A stretch of DNA of 55,117 nucleotides from an uncultured Clostridia bacterium (GTDB lineage: Bacteria; Bacillota; Clostridia; TANB77; CAG-508): contig CANROH010000002.1 in assembly GCA_947632185.1 (NCBI GenBank), positions 1 through 55,117 of the forward strand. The letters are read 5' to 3'. Under the pieces are notes generated by a model. It made no database searches and was not told the origin of the DNA. It worked only from the letters and a program-made list of their open reading frames with translations. Within the stretch, counting starts at the first letter, position 1. Every line of letters begins with the position of its first letter. Both the position numbers and the translations under genes were made by a program. Shown here in pieces: positions 26,602 to 37,032 of this stretch.

Positions 26602-29001
26602 CTAAGTAGACTTTTTATGCAATTTATTTATGTATTTATTAAACATCAAATCCTTTTCCTCTTCATCTTGAGTTAATGATGCAACATTGTTGATGGATTG
26701 TTCCATATCTGCAGCTCTTACCATTTGTTCATATTCACGTAAAAGTATTGCCATTTCATCATTTTGTCCGCCAATTTCCTCTTTTAAAACTTTATCTATA
26801 TTTATAGATCCAGCTCCTCTTTTAACATCTCCTTCGATTTTTCCAATAAGATTATTAGTCATATTATGTGCTTGTTTTTTATCTTTTGGAGTTAAATCAT
26901 AATCTTCATTTACATCATTTGTAGCTTTTTGTTTTGCCTTAATTTTACAAATAGCTTCAAATATTTGATTTGCTTTTCTATTTAATTCTCCCTTATCATG
27001 TGGAATTGCCATTGCTTTCTGTACACCTTCGATAGAATTACGTTCATTCATAAATTTTTGTTTTGCATTTTCTCTAATTTCATTATTTTCACTTGTTAAT
27101 TCTAAATCTTCTAATAGTCTTTGAGCTTTAGCTTCTTCTTCTGTAAAAGGATTATTATCATTTTTACGACTTAATATTTCACGTGCATTTGTTTCTGCTT
27201 CAGCCCTATTATTAGATTTTATGTTATTTGCCTCTAAATTTTGTTTTGCCTCTCTTACTCTTAAATCATAATCTCCCTCTGCGCCAGCATTAAAAGTTTG
27301 CGAACCATTATCTACAGCTGTACTAAAGGTAGAATCAAAATATTCTTCAGTAGCCCCCTCCAATTTATCTGCAATACCAATAGCAGCAATTGCATTTTGT
27401 CCTGCAGCAAGTGACATTGCAAATCCCATCAGTTTCATAGCACCAGGTATTGATCTTTTCATAAGTCTTAAAGCTTTTTTACCTGGGCCTTTTAGAAATT
27501 TTTTAGCAGCTCCACCAATTTTCTTTGCCCCACTTTTTGCCATACTAGAAATCTTTTTACCACCTGCGCTTGTCCATTTTTTACCAGTTTTATGTTTACC
27601 TTTTCCCATTCCATTGGTTGCCGCTTTTCCTGCTGCTTTTCCCGCTTTTCCTGCTGCCTTTCCTGCTGCTTTTCCAACCTTTCCTGCTGTTTTCCCCGCT
27701 GCTTTTCCTACTTTTGAACCCACTTTGCCAATGGTATTTTTTAACTTTGCTCCTGATTTTTTAAGAGCTGCTCCAGCTTTTCCACCTGTTAATTTATTTA
27801 CTTTAGTTGCAATTCCCTTTCCTACATTCTTTGCGCCATTTATTTTTGAAACTGCGGCAACTCCTAAAGCTGCGCCTGCAGCCAATGATGTTGAACTATT
27901 ATCATCTTGGAAATTAAATATTTTTCTTATTGCATCTTCTCCTTGATTAATAAATAAGAAACAAAGTATTGCTAAAAAACCATTTGCTAATTGATTAAAA
28001 TCATTATCAAATACTTCTATCAAACTTGTAAATGTACCCGTTCCACCTGATGTTAATATTTCCACAGCAGCATTAGCAAATGCTAAATACAATATACAGT
28101 GAAAAGGTTGTATTAATATTGTATATACAAATTCCTTTAGCCATGTATTTAATGCCTGTGCCTTACCATCTCCTATTTTATCTATTGAATATGTAATAGA
28201 AATTAAAGGAGATATTATTATAAGAAATCCTACTTTTAGCATACGTTTTAAATATGAAATTATAAATGATATCGTTTGGAATACAATTATCACATAAATA
28301 ACAGTAGCAACTATGCTTCCTATTCCCATTCCTAATGTTGCTTTTACTGCTATTTTTGTAAGTGCATCATTTAAGTCTTTCATTGCTGAAGCTCGTAAAA
28401 AATTAACTATAACTTTATTAATATTTATTACAAAAATTGCTATATATTGAAGTACAAATACTAATATTAAACTGCATACCCAATCAAATAACATTTGTTT
28501 ATATTTTGCTTTATCTTCTGCAATAGTAGAAAGAGCCATTCTTATTCCCACATATATTAAAATACATAGTAATATTGCTACTGATAATAATCTCAACACA
28601 TAAAACCATGTCGCAACAGATGTTCTTATAGTATTCAACAACCCCTCTTCAGGAGGTATATCAAAAAAATCTACATCAAGTAATTTATATTTACCAAAAA
28701 ATATATCAGCAGGAGTAGCTGAACCTTTACCTTTAAAATAATTATCTATACCGAAAGGATTCAACAAAGAACCAGTTATAATTGTATCAAATATCCAAGC
28801 TATTCCAACAGCCATTATTCGTTTAATCCATAAAGCAATTGATACGATACCACCTATCAAGTTTGTTATTGAATTTACAACTTCATATGTATCGATTTTA
28901 CCATCATCTTTAGCAGCATAACTAACAGTGCTTAAGCAAAACTCAAACAACATTATAATTATTATTAAAATTACTAATATTCTACTTGTAATTTTTCTCA
29001 C
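26602..29001 (-). CDS. VirB6/TrbL/TcpH-like polytopic membrane protein, paralog D, with a long basic/acidic C-terminal tail
   Basis: Signal-like N-terminus (..STVSYA/AKDD). Shared blocks IRMALSTIAEDKAKYKQMLFDWVCSLILVFVLQYI and SPLISITYSIDKIGDGKAQALNTWLKEFVYTILIQPFHCILYL align with paralogs A, B and C. Confidence 0.7.
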   Translation of the reverse strand: MRKITSRILVILIIIIMLFEFCLSTVSYAAKDDGKIDTYEVVNSITNLIGGIVSIALWIKRIMAVGIAWIFDTIITGSLLNPFGIDNYFKGKGSATPADIFFGKYKLLDVDFFDIPPEEGLLNTIRTSVATWFYVLRLLSVAILLCILIYVGIRMALSTIAEDKAKYKQMLFDWVCSLILVFVLQYIAIFVININKVIVNFLRASAMKDLNDALTKIAVKATLGMGIGSIVATVIYVIIVFQTISFIISYLKRMLKVGFLIIISPLISITYSIDKIGDGKAQALNTWLKEFVYTILIQPFHCILYLAFANAAVEILTSGGTGTFTSLIEVFDNDFNQLANGFLAILCFLFINQGEDAIRKIFNFQDDNSSTSLAAGAALGVAAVSKINGAKNVGKGIATKVNKLTGGKAGAALKKSGAKLKNTIGKVGSKVGKAAGKTAGKVGKAAGKAAGKAGKAAGKAATNGMGKGKHKTGKKWTSAGGKKISSMAKSGAKKIGGAAKKFLKGPGKKALRLMKRSIPGAMKLMGFAMSLAAGQNAIAAIGIADKLEGATEEYFDSTFSTAVDNGSQTFNAGAEGDYDLRVREAKQNLEANNIKSNNRAEAETNAREILSRKNDNNPFTEEEAKAQRLLEDLELTSENNEIRENAKQKFMNERNSIEGVQKAMAIPHDKGELNRKANQIFEAICKIKAKQKATNDVNEDYDLTPKDKKQAHNMTNNLIGKIEGDVKRGAGSINIDKVLKEEIGGQNDEMAILLREYEQMVRAADMEQSINNVASLTQDEEEKDLMFNKYINKLHKKST
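27618..27715 (-). repeat. Degenerate in-frame tandem repeat encoding (G/A)KAAGK-type basic low-complexity sequence
   Basis: The plus strand shows reiterated gcttttcctgct-like units. The protein reads GKVGSKVGKAAGKTAGKVGKAAGKAAGKAGKAAGKAAT. Confidence 0.8.
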
Positions 29002-29040
29002 TAATTTCTCCTCCGATAGGATATCTATTTCCGTCTATTA

Positions 29041-31698
29041 CTAAAAATCTTTTTTATGATCATTTAAAACTTCCTTACTTCCTATTAATCTTTCAATTTT
29101 TGTTTCAAGTGATTGGTGTTTTTCTGAATCCTCTTCACCATTGTTAATCAAATCAAGTTCTTGTTCAGAAAATTTCTTTATTTCTTTTTCTATTTCTTTT
29201 ATAGCTTTTCTAGTTTCTTCTTCTGTCAATTTTTCAATAATTTCAGGTGTCAATTCTTCTCCAGCTTCAGCTTTTCCTAGTGCCGTATTTACAACCTCAC
29301 TTACATTTGCCTTTGTTTCTTCCTTGCTCGTTTTTTCTTCCTTGCTCGTTTTTTCTTCCTTGATCTTTTTTTCTTCACTAATAGCATTAGAAGAGTCCAT
29401 ATCATCAACAGTACGTTCAAATTGTTTTAAAGTACTTGCTACAAATGCATCTGATGAAAGTCCATAGCTATTTGCATCTTTCATATTATTATAAATTGTA
29501 GCATCACGCTGAAGACTGCACATGTTTTTAATTGTATCTTCAATTTTTTTATTATTTGGATTATTTGGATCATCATTTTTAATGTTGTTTAAAATACCTG
29601 TACTATTAAGTTTTTCTAGAATTTGGTCATTTGTACTATTAGGATTTTTTAATATCTCACTTTGTACAACATTTTTTATTGATGATTTTAACGTTTTTTT
29701 ATCGCTTTCATCTAATCCTTGTAAAGCAGAATCTAATTGTTTAAATAAATCATCTAAATACTTTTCAGCATTCTCATAAACATCGCTATTTGCCATGATG
29801 TTATTCATATGTAATGCAGCTTCAGTTCCTGTTTTATCACCAGAAGCCAAACACATCTGTGCTGAACTGTTAGATAGATTTTTTGTAGTTGAGCCACTTT
29901 TCATAAATTCATTTAAAGCTTTACCTGCTGCTACACCTGACGCTCCTGATTCAAACTCTTTACCAGTTGCTCCATAGATAGTTGCACCAGTGGCTAATCC
30001 AACGCCAGCTGATACCATTCCTCTAATTGCTTCATTTTGAAAAATTTTTTGTTTAGCTTTACTAATTGTACCTGTAGCTTTTTTTACTGTTCGTTTCGCC
30101 TTACGATATGCTTTACGTGCTTTATCTGTACCCTTTGGATTGCTATTTATTCTTTGATCTCTTATTTTTTTAGCAATGTCTGCTCTCGCTTTAGCATGTG
30201 CTAACCTTGGATCCATTCCTTGATTTTCATAAGATGATGCTAACTCATTTACTGCATCATTATATTTTTTCTTTTCTTTTTTTCCATCAGGCCCGACAGT
30301 TTCTACTTCTTCTTTGTCAATATCTTTATTATATTTTGCCTTATATTTTTTTGCAACTTTCTTAGTTTTTTTATCCTCTTTTTTAGCCTTATCTTCTGCA
30401 ACCTTATCCTGTGCCAATTGCATAGCTTTTTCTTTGTCATTTCCTGTTATTCTATTTTTCGCATATAATGCTTTAGTTTTTATAGCATCTTTTTTACCTT
30501 TTAATCCGGAAGCCCTATTTTTTAAGCCATTTAAACCTTTTCTAGCTCCACTTCCTATATTTTTTGCTTTACTTAACGCCATTGCTGAAGCACCTAAACC
30601 AAAAGCTAAAGAAGTATCTGATGTAGCCTCTCCAAATTTAAAGATTTTTCCAAGTAATTTTTCACCATCTTTAGTAAATTTGATACATAGCATAGCAATT
30701 ATCACACCAGCTAATTGGCTTTCACTGTCGCCTTTTAATATTTCCAATGCCATATTAATAAATACTAAAAATATTATACAATGAAATGGTTGTATTAGCA
30801 CAGTGTATACAAACTCTTTTAACCATGTTTGTAAAGCTTGAGCTTTACCATCTCCCATTTTGTCTATTGAATATGTTAATGTGATTAAAGGAGAAATAAT
30901 TACTAAAAATGCCAATTTTAGCATACGATTAAAATATGTAAAAAATAATCCTAATGTTTGTCCTACAATCATACAATATACAATTGTAGCCCCAATTGCA
31001 TTAGCAGTCACGCCGAATGACATTCCAGCAATCTTGCCAATGGATTCAGATAACGCTTCTCCGGTTCCCATGCCTTTACCAATTTCATATAATGAATTTA
31101 CTATTACACTATTAACATTAAGTGTAAATATCATTATATATTGTAATACAAATATTATAGCCAAACTACAAACCCAATCAACAAGCATTTTTTTATAATT
31201 TGCCTTTTCAGAAGCAACTGTTGATATTGCCATTCTTATACCAACATATATAAATATACATAATAGTATAGCAGCAGCAAGATTTCTCATAACATAATAC
31301 CAACTTGCAATTGATGTCCTTATTGTATATATTACATCACCATGATTACTCCAATTAATATTAAAGAAATTAATATCTACTAATGCAACTTTATTAAATA
31401 ATATTTCAAATGGAGTTATTATATCAAATCCGCTTTTATTATACTGTCCTGTATCAGTAACTGATCCCTCGGAATATGCAATTACTGATGTAAGTGATTG
31501 TATTGCAAAACCAACAGCTATAGCAATTACTCTTATAGGCCAAGATAAAAGTCCAACAACTGTGCCTAACATATCTGAGATAAATCCTTCAACTTCTGAA
31601 AGACCATCATCTGCAAATGATATATTTCCTACTATAAAGTTATTTACTATAACAAAGATTAATATGCATATCAGTAATTTTTTTAATGTTTTTTTCAA
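29041..31698 (-). CDS. VirB6/TrbL/TcpH-like polytopic membrane protein, paralog C, with a long charged C-terminal tail
   Basis: Signal-like N-terminus (..GNISFA/DDG). Blocks IRMAISTVASEKANYKKMLVDWVCSLAIIFVLQYI and SPLITLTYSIDKMGDGKAQALQTWLKEFVYTVLIQPFHCIIFL. Confidence 0.7.
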   Translation of the reverse strand: MKKTLKKLLICILIFVIVNNFIVGNISFADDGLSEVEGFISDMLGTVVGLLSWPIRVIAIAVGFAIQSLTSVIAYSEGSVTDTGQYNKSGFDIITPFEILFNKVALVDINFFNINWSNHGDVIYTIRTSIASWYYVMRNLAAAILLCIFIYVGIRMAISTVASEKANYKKMLVDWVCSLAIIFVLQYIMIFTLNVNSVIVNSLYEIGKGMGTGEALSESIGKIAGMSFGVTANAIGATIVYCMIVGQTLGLFFTYFNRMLKLAFLVIISPLITLTYSIDKMGDGKAQALQTWLKEFVYTVLIQPFHCIIFLVFINMALEILKGDSESQLAGVIIAMLCIKFTKDGEKLLGKIFKFGEATSDTSLAFGLGASAMALSKAKNIGSGARKGLNGLKNRASGLKGKKDAIKTKALYAKNRITGNDKEKAMQLAQDKVAEDKAKKEDKKTKKVAKKYKAKYNKDIDKEEVETVGPDGKKEKKKYNDAVNELASSYENQGMDPRLAHAKARADIAKKIRDQRINSNPKGTDKARKAYRKAKRTVKKATGTISKAKQKIFQNEAIRGMVSAGVGLATGATIYGATGKEFESGASGVAAGKALNEFMKSGSTTKNLSNSSAQMCLASGDKTGTEAALHMNNIMANSDVYENAEKYLDDLFKQLDSALQGLDESDKKTLKSSIKNVVQSEILKNPNSTNDQILEKLNSTGILNNIKNDDPNNPNNKKIEDTIKNMCSLQRDATIYNNMKDANSYGLSSDAFVASTLKQFERTVDDMDSSNAISEEKKIKEEKTSKEEKTSKEETKANVSEVVNTALGKAEAGEELTPEIIEKLTEEETRKAIKEIEKEIKKFSEQELDLINNGEEDSEKHQSLETKIERLIGSKEVLNDHKKDF
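29317..29363 (-). repeat. 18-nt in-frame tandem duplication (about 2.5 copies) encoding EEKTSK repeats
   Basis: The plus strand reads ttcttccttgctcgtttt ttcttccttgctcgtttt ttcttccttga. The protein reads KEEKTSKEEKTSKEE. Confidence 0.85.
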
Positions 31699-31703
31699 CT
31701 ATT

Positions 31704-34700
31704 TCACCTTCTTCCATTTGATTGTTTTAAATACTCGTCTATATCGAAAACAGGTCCTTGTCGTGATATTAACTGTGATATTTTTTCTAATTGTTGCATT
31801 CTATTTTTAATTTCTAACCTTATTGTACTATCATCACTATCAATAAGCTGCTTTTGTAATTCAAGCATCTCTTCGCTTATTTGGCTATGTTCCTGTATCG
31901 CCTTTAAATAAGCCTTAGATGCACTTCTTTCTGGTGGATTATTTGCTATTTCTAAATTCTCATCTTTGTACTTTAACAATTTTTTTAGCATATCTCTAGC
32001 AATATCTGCTTCTGTTTCTGATAATGTAATACTAGATTCACCATCTTTTTTGCTTTCTAAAAGCCTTGTTATAACATCATTGCTATTTTTTGATTTTTTT
32101 GTCTCAGTTTGAGTATTTTCTTCAGTTTCTAATAAACCTAAACTAACCGCTTGCTTAATTTTTTCAAGTTTATCTTTTCTACTATATTTTTCAACAGCCT
32201 TTCTGACTGTCTCTTGAGACTCTGAATTAAGTTTATCAATAACATCATTAATATCTTTAGGTTTTTCTGAATTCTCTAAAGCAGGCTCTGCCTCGCCCTC
32301 TGGTGGTGTTACTTCACCTACAGATTTTTTCCTCTTTATTTTATCTAAATCTACTGCCTTTTTCTTGATCGCTTTTTTGAAACCAGATTTTCCGTTTCTA
32401 AACAATTCTTCCGGATTTTGATTTCTTTTTAAAATACCTTCTCTATAAAGAAAATTTCCTAACCTTCTTGATATTTCACTTTCGATTTTTGATGAATTGA
32501 AATTTATTGTACCATCTGTAGATTCTGTTATATCAATCATTATATCGTCTAATTTATCATTAATAAAGTTAATATCAACATTACTTATTTTTTGATGTTC
32601 TTCACCTGTAGTATTTTCAAGTACTATATCTTCATCTGTTAATTTGCTTGAATTATCACTTTCTTTAATATCATCAGATTCCTCTTGTTCTGATAATGGT
32701 ACAATACTTCCAGTTTTTGGGTCAATCTGTAAACCTAGAAAAGCTAATATCTGATTTTTTTGTTTTTGTTCAATTTCTGATTCTTCCAAATCTTTAACTA
32801 ATTCTTTTCTACTATCTAGCTCTATACGTTCTTCTACCCCATATATTTCTGCATTAGCAACACTTGATTCTTCTAATATTGTTTCTTCTCTAAATTCTTT
32901 TTCTTCTCTTCTTTGTCTTTGAATAGTATTTTCATCTATTTCACGTAATCTATCACCTACAACAGTTTTTGAAGCAATATATCTAACTGGAGCACTTCCT
33001 AAATCAGCTACTTTTAAAGCCCCTGAATATAATTTTGCTATCCAACGTGGATGTGTTTTTTGAAAAGCAGCTAATTTTATTCTTCTACGCTCCTTTCTAG
33101 CTTGTTCTATAGCAGAATCCCTAATATTATTCAAAGCTTGAATACCATATCGTGCAAATGTATATTTACCTTTATAAGTACGTGCACCATTTATTTTTCC
33201 AACAGAAGCATGTACATTAGATTTACCATTTGCTAATAATCCCATTCCTATAATAGGATGTGTTGCTATAGTACCCATTCCAACAAACATACTAACCATA
33301 CCAAGGCAAGTATTTTTAACCATTGACCATGATTTCTTAAATGATTCTCTATCTTCTTTAGAACCAAGTAAAAAGCTAAACTGATTATATGCAGCATCTT
33401 TTTGTTTTTCAAATCTCATTGTTCTATTATTCCAAACTGTTGAGCCAAAAGTTCCATTATAAATAGCTAGAATATTTTTCAACATTGATTTATTTTTACT
33501 TAATTTAAATACATTTGCATTAAGTGCTTTATTTAATTTTCCTAACATTATATCTTTATTGGTTGGAGATATAAAAGCTATATATGCATCTTGTGCTTCA
33601 TCATATTTTCTTTTATTTTCTATAGTACGATTAGCTTCATATTCTTTTTTTGCTTCATCTCTTTTTTCCTGTAATTTTTGTTCTACAAGTTGTGTTTCCT
33701 CTTCTTTTGCTTTTACATCTGCTTCAGCTTTAGCTCTTCTATCCTCATATTGTTCTACTGTCTCTGCATTAGAACCATCTTCTTTTAGCTTAAATTCTGA
33801 ACCTCCATATTTTTTATCCATTCTTTTTCTTACAGCTTTTTCAAATTTTTTACCAGCTTTTCGTTCATCTGTATCTTTATTTTTTATTTTAGATGTTATT
33901 GCATAAGCTGCTGCAAATGTAGCTTTTCCAGCAGCACCTAAAGCTTTACCTGGAGGACTTTTAATTAGTGCTTTAGCAGCTGCTTTTCCTCCTATTGCAA
34001 CACTAGCAGCTGTTTTTATATTTTCTTTTAATGCATCCTGTGCATTTTCTGTATCTCCTACTAAACTATTTTCTCCTCCAAAATGGAATATCTTTTTAAA
34101 CAATTTGTCCGCTTTAGAAACATAATTCATTAGTACTAAAGCTATTATCATACCTGCTATTGATTCCAAAGATAACATTAATGCTTGAGTAATAAATATT
34201 GCATATAATAAAGCATGTATTACTTGTATAAGCAAGTTCATTATATACTCTCTAACCCATGTTGCTAAAGCAGCACTTTTTCCAGTCAAAACTTTTTGCA
34301 ATGCATATGCAACACCAATTGCAGGAGCCATTAATGTTAATACTATTATAGTTAATAACCTCTTCAGATAAATAATTGTATATTTAATGGCCATGAATAC
34401 TAATGCTATATACATTACCATTCCAACCATTCCATTAGTTAATCTTGGGTCATATGCTCTAGTTCTAACTTCTTCATATATTTTTAATTCTGTTTCTGAA
34501 CTTGAAACTTTTTTATCCTTCAAACTTGATGAACTTATTGTATTAGATGTATTGCTAATTAAATCAACAAGAACATTCGTAATACGTATTGCAGCAATCA
34601 TAAAATAATGTATTGTAAAAACTATTATTATTCCTACAAGCCAATCTGTAAGCATTCTCTTATAAGTAGCTTTATCAGAGGCAATAGTTGAAATTGCCAT

Positions 34701-35453
34701 TTTTATTCCAATTGCTATCAAAGCAATTAACATAGCAGCAATCGTCAATAATCTTATTAAATAATACCATGTAGCAATTGCTTTTCTTATGATTATAATT
34801 ATTGGTTCTTCTGAAGCTAATTGTTGAACATATTTTAAACATTCATCACATCCATTGCATCCGCAACTACATATTTCGTTTCCAGATAAATTATTTATAT
34901 CAATTGTTTTAGCAGTAGCTTCATTTAATGTAACGCATTCTGATGAAGGCTCACCGCATTTTTTACATACTATTTTTGCACCAGTTCCTGAAAATGATTT
35001 ATCTAAAGATAAAGTAAATATATCTACATTTAAAGCTGGTACTCTATTATATACAATTGCTTCAACAGTTAGATTGTTTGAAGAATCATTTATATTTGAT
35101 AAATCATTTGAATTATCTATAATAGATCCATCTACTTTAACCTCTGATGTTGCTTCTAAAGACCATGTTAATAATTTTTCTATTAACGCAGTCCAACCAA
35201 CAAATACCATTCTATATGATAATGTCATAATTCCTAATAACCAATCTGCAATTGCGCCTATGGTTTTTAGTAGCCATTCAAAAATTCCTTCTTTAGGAAC
35301 ATATGTACCTTTTGTTGTTCCTGAATAATAAAACTCGCCTTCTTTTAAATCAAGCTTTGCATAAGAAAAAGGAGTAGAAAAAAATGTTATTAGTATTGAA
35401 AAAATTATTATTAACATTATTACTTTTTTTATTATATTACTTAATAATTTCAT
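31704..35453 (-). CDS. VirB6/TrbL/TcpH-like polytopic membrane protein, paralog B (1,249 aa), with a Cys-rich loop insertion and a very long coiled-coil/charged tail
   Basis: Signal-like N-terminus (..TPFSYA/KLD). Blocks IKMAISTIASDKATYKRMLTDWLVGIIIVFTIHYF and LMAPAIGVAYALQKVLTGKSAALATWVREYIMNLLIQVIHALLYA. It is the most divergent of the four. Confidence 0.65.
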   Translation of the reverse strand: MKLLSNIIKKVIMLIIIFSILITFFSTPFSYAKLDLKEGEFYYSGTTKGTYVPKEGIFEWLLKTIGAIADWLLGIMTLSYRMVFVGWTALIEKLLTWSLEATSEVKVDGSIIDNSNDLSNINDSSNNLTVEAIVYNRVPALNVDIFTLSLDKSFSGTGAKIVCKKCGEPSSECVTLNEATAKTIDINNLSGNEICSCGCNGCDECLKYVQQLASEEPIIIIIRKAIATWYYLIRLLTIAAMLIALIAIGIKMAISTIASDKATYKRMLTDWLVGIIIVFTIHYFMIAAIRITNVLVDLISNTSNTISSSSLKDKKVSSSETELKIYEEVRTRAYDPRLTNGMVGMVMYIALVFMAIKYTIIYLKRLLTIIVLTLMAPAIGVAYALQKVLTGKSAALATWVREYIMNLLIQVIHALLYAIFITQALMLSLESIAGMIIALVLMNYVSKADKLFKKIFHFGGENSLVGDTENAQDALKENIKTAASVAIGGKAAAKALIKSPPGKALGAAGKATFAAAYAITSKIKNKDTDERKAGKKFEKAVRKRMDKKYGGSEFKLKEDGSNAETVEQYEDRRAKAEADVKAKEEETQLVEQKLQEKRDEAKKEYEANRTIENKRKYDEAQDAYIAFISPTNKDIMLGKLNKALNANVFKLSKNKSMLKNILAIYNGTFGSTVWNNRTMRFEKQKDAAYNQFSFLLGSKEDRESFKKSWSMVKNTCLGMVSMFVGMGTIATHPIIGMGLLANGKSNVHASVGKINGARTYKGKYTFARYGIQALNNIRDSAIEQARKERRRIKLAAFQKTHPRWIAKLYSGALKVADLGSAPVRYIASKTVVGDRLREIDENTIQRQRREEKEFREETILEESSVANAEIYGVEERIELDSRKELVKDLEESEIEQKQKNQILAFLGLQIDPKTGSIVPLSEQEESDDIKESDNSSKLTDEDIVLENTTGEEHQKISNVDINFINDKLDDIMIDITESTDGTINFNSSKIESEISRRLGNFLYREGILKRNQNPEELFRNGKSGFKKAIKKKAVDLDKIKRKKSVGEVTPPEGEAEPALENSEKPKDINDVIDKLNSESQETVRKAVEKYSRKDKLEKIKQAVSLGLLETEENTQTETKKSKNSNDVITRLLESKKDGESSITLSETEADIARDMLKKLLKYKDENLEIANNPPERSASKAYLKAIQEHSQISEEMLELQKQLIDSDDSTIRLEIKNRMQQLEKISQLISRQGPVFDIDEYLKQSNGRR

Positions 35454-35467
35454 TTTTCCTCTCCTTA

Positions 35468-37006
35468 CTAAAAATTAATCTGCATTTCTGTTTCATCATA
35501 TTTTAATAATCCATCTTCAATTCCTTTTAAATCGTATTCTTCTGAACCAGAAATTATTCTTTTAACCTTTCCGTCATTTAAACTATAAAGATATATTCCT
35601 TTCCCAGCTTTTGAATATAAAAATCTATCATTTGATAACCACAAATATGAAGTTATAGCATCATTTAATTCTCTATTTGGTTCTTCATTAAATTTAGAAA
35701 TAAATTTCATCGAATATATAGCTCCATTACTATCTGTTTCTGGATATATATCATAATCTAAACTTTCCCCAATTATTTTTATATCATCTTGACTTAAAGT
35801 TTCTTTATATTCTTTACATTTTTCTAAAAGATTTTCTTCACCTTTAACTCTTCTTTTTTCAGTTTCATAAATTAAATCTATTTGAAGTCTTGCAACAAAA
35901 TTTGTATTATCTAAATATTTACTAATCTTTGTCAAATTACTCTTAACATTATTATACAACATAATTCCATTTAAGTCATCATAATTTAGCCTGATTTCTA
36001 TACCTTTAATTGGATATGAAATAAAAACATAAGTAGCATCATACTCATAATCACTATAATCTGGCCACATATATGTAAGCTTATTCATAAACTCAAGTAA
36101 ATCTAATTCTTCATTTAAAAATTTATCTGCTAAATCAAAAAAATCATCTGCTGATTCTTTACTATTTCTATATATCGAAATTTCATTTGGTGTAAAAAAT
36201 ACATATATATCTTCTCCCTTATATCCTATAACATTTGTATCCGTTTCTTTAAATGTTGCCTCTCCTAATGTTAACTCTATATAATCGAAGTCAACTCCAG
36301 GAAATATTCCATTTACAACGTTTTCGTCATATTTTTTATCAAACACTATATTATATATTTTTTCACCAATTGTTCTTACCTTTATTCCTTCATCAAAATA
36401 TATATAATACTCATCAAAAATGCTATCTCTTTCGCCAATATATGTGTCTGAATTCCAATTATTATCTATACAAGCTTGTAATGTTTTTGATTGAATATCA
36501 AAAGTAGTAATTGGTATTTCTTTATACTTTTCTAAACTTAATTGTGAATCCATATATATAAAATAATCTTCTATATCATTAATTATTATAGAATTTATTT
36601 TTGAATTATCACATTTAACTTGAACCGTAATATCATTTTCTTCGTCAAACATTCTAAAACTTCTATAATTTAATATTTTAGCTGAATCTTCCAATAATTT
36701 ATTATAATATTCTTCGTTGCTTTCATTATTTTCATATGGAAGTACTTTAAATTTTAAAAATACATCTAAATAAAAATTTGAATCAGTTGATTCCTCTTCC
36801 GAAATATAAATAGATTTATAATATTCTATTACTTCTTTTATAGTACTTAAATTATCATAAGAAATTTCTGTGGTTGTTTCTTTAGAGGTTAAATATTTTA
36901 ATACCGTTGATAATATTACTAATATAACTAGCATAATAGATAAAAGTATTAAAATTTTTAAACTACTTTTATTATTTTCATTATTTTTGTATTTTGGTTT
37001 TTCCAT
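35468..37006 (-). CDS. Hypothetical membrane-anchored extracytoplasmic protein F, paralog of 37033-38211
   Basis: One N-terminal TM segment. The C-terminal blocks ISIYRNSKESADDFFDL...YMWPDYSDYEYDATYVFISYPIKGIEIRLNYDDLNGIMLYNN align with E. Start MEKPKY follows GGGGAG. Confidence 0.55.
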   Translation of the reverse strand: MEKPKYKNNENNKSSLKILILLSIMLVILVILSTVLKYLTSKETTTEISYDNLSTIKEVIEYYKSIYISEEESTDSNFYLDVFLKFKVLPYENNESNEEYYNKLLEDSAKILNYRSFRMFDEENDITVQVKCDNSKINSIIINDIEDYFIYMDSQLSLEKYKEIPITTFDIQSKTLQACIDNNWNSDTYIGERDSIFDEYYIYFDEGIKVRTIGEKIYNIVFDKKYDENVVNGIFPGVDFDYIELTLGEATFKETDTNVIGYKGEDIYVFFTPNEISIYRNSKESADDFFDLADKFLNEELDLLEFMNKLTYMWPDYSDYEYDATYVFISYPIKGIEIRLNYDDLNGIMLYNNVKSNLTKISKYLDNTNFVARLQIDLIYETEKRRVKGEENLLEKCKEYKETLSQDDIKIIGESLDYDIYPETDSNGAIYSMKFISKFNEEPNRELNDAITSYLWLSNDRFLYSKAGKGIYLYSLNDGKVKRIISGSEEYDLKGIEDGLLKYDETEMQINF

Positions 37007-37032
37007 ATAAACTCCCCACATAAATTTAGCAA

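Noticed and set aside
27618-27715. Short direct repeats that might suggest a CRISPR array or minisatellite
   Set aside because: The units are 12-15 nt, contiguous with no spacers, in-frame and inside a CDS. No cas genes are present. This is coding low complexity, not CRISPR.
27614-27946. Plus-strand ORF encoding FPAAFPAFPAAFPAAFP..., and the nearby ORFs 27492-27677 and 27570-27764
   Set aside because: These are alternative-frame or antisense readings of the KAAGK tandem repeat inside VirB6-like paralog D. They are low-complexity mirror images with no RBS. The minus-strand gene is supported by paralogy.
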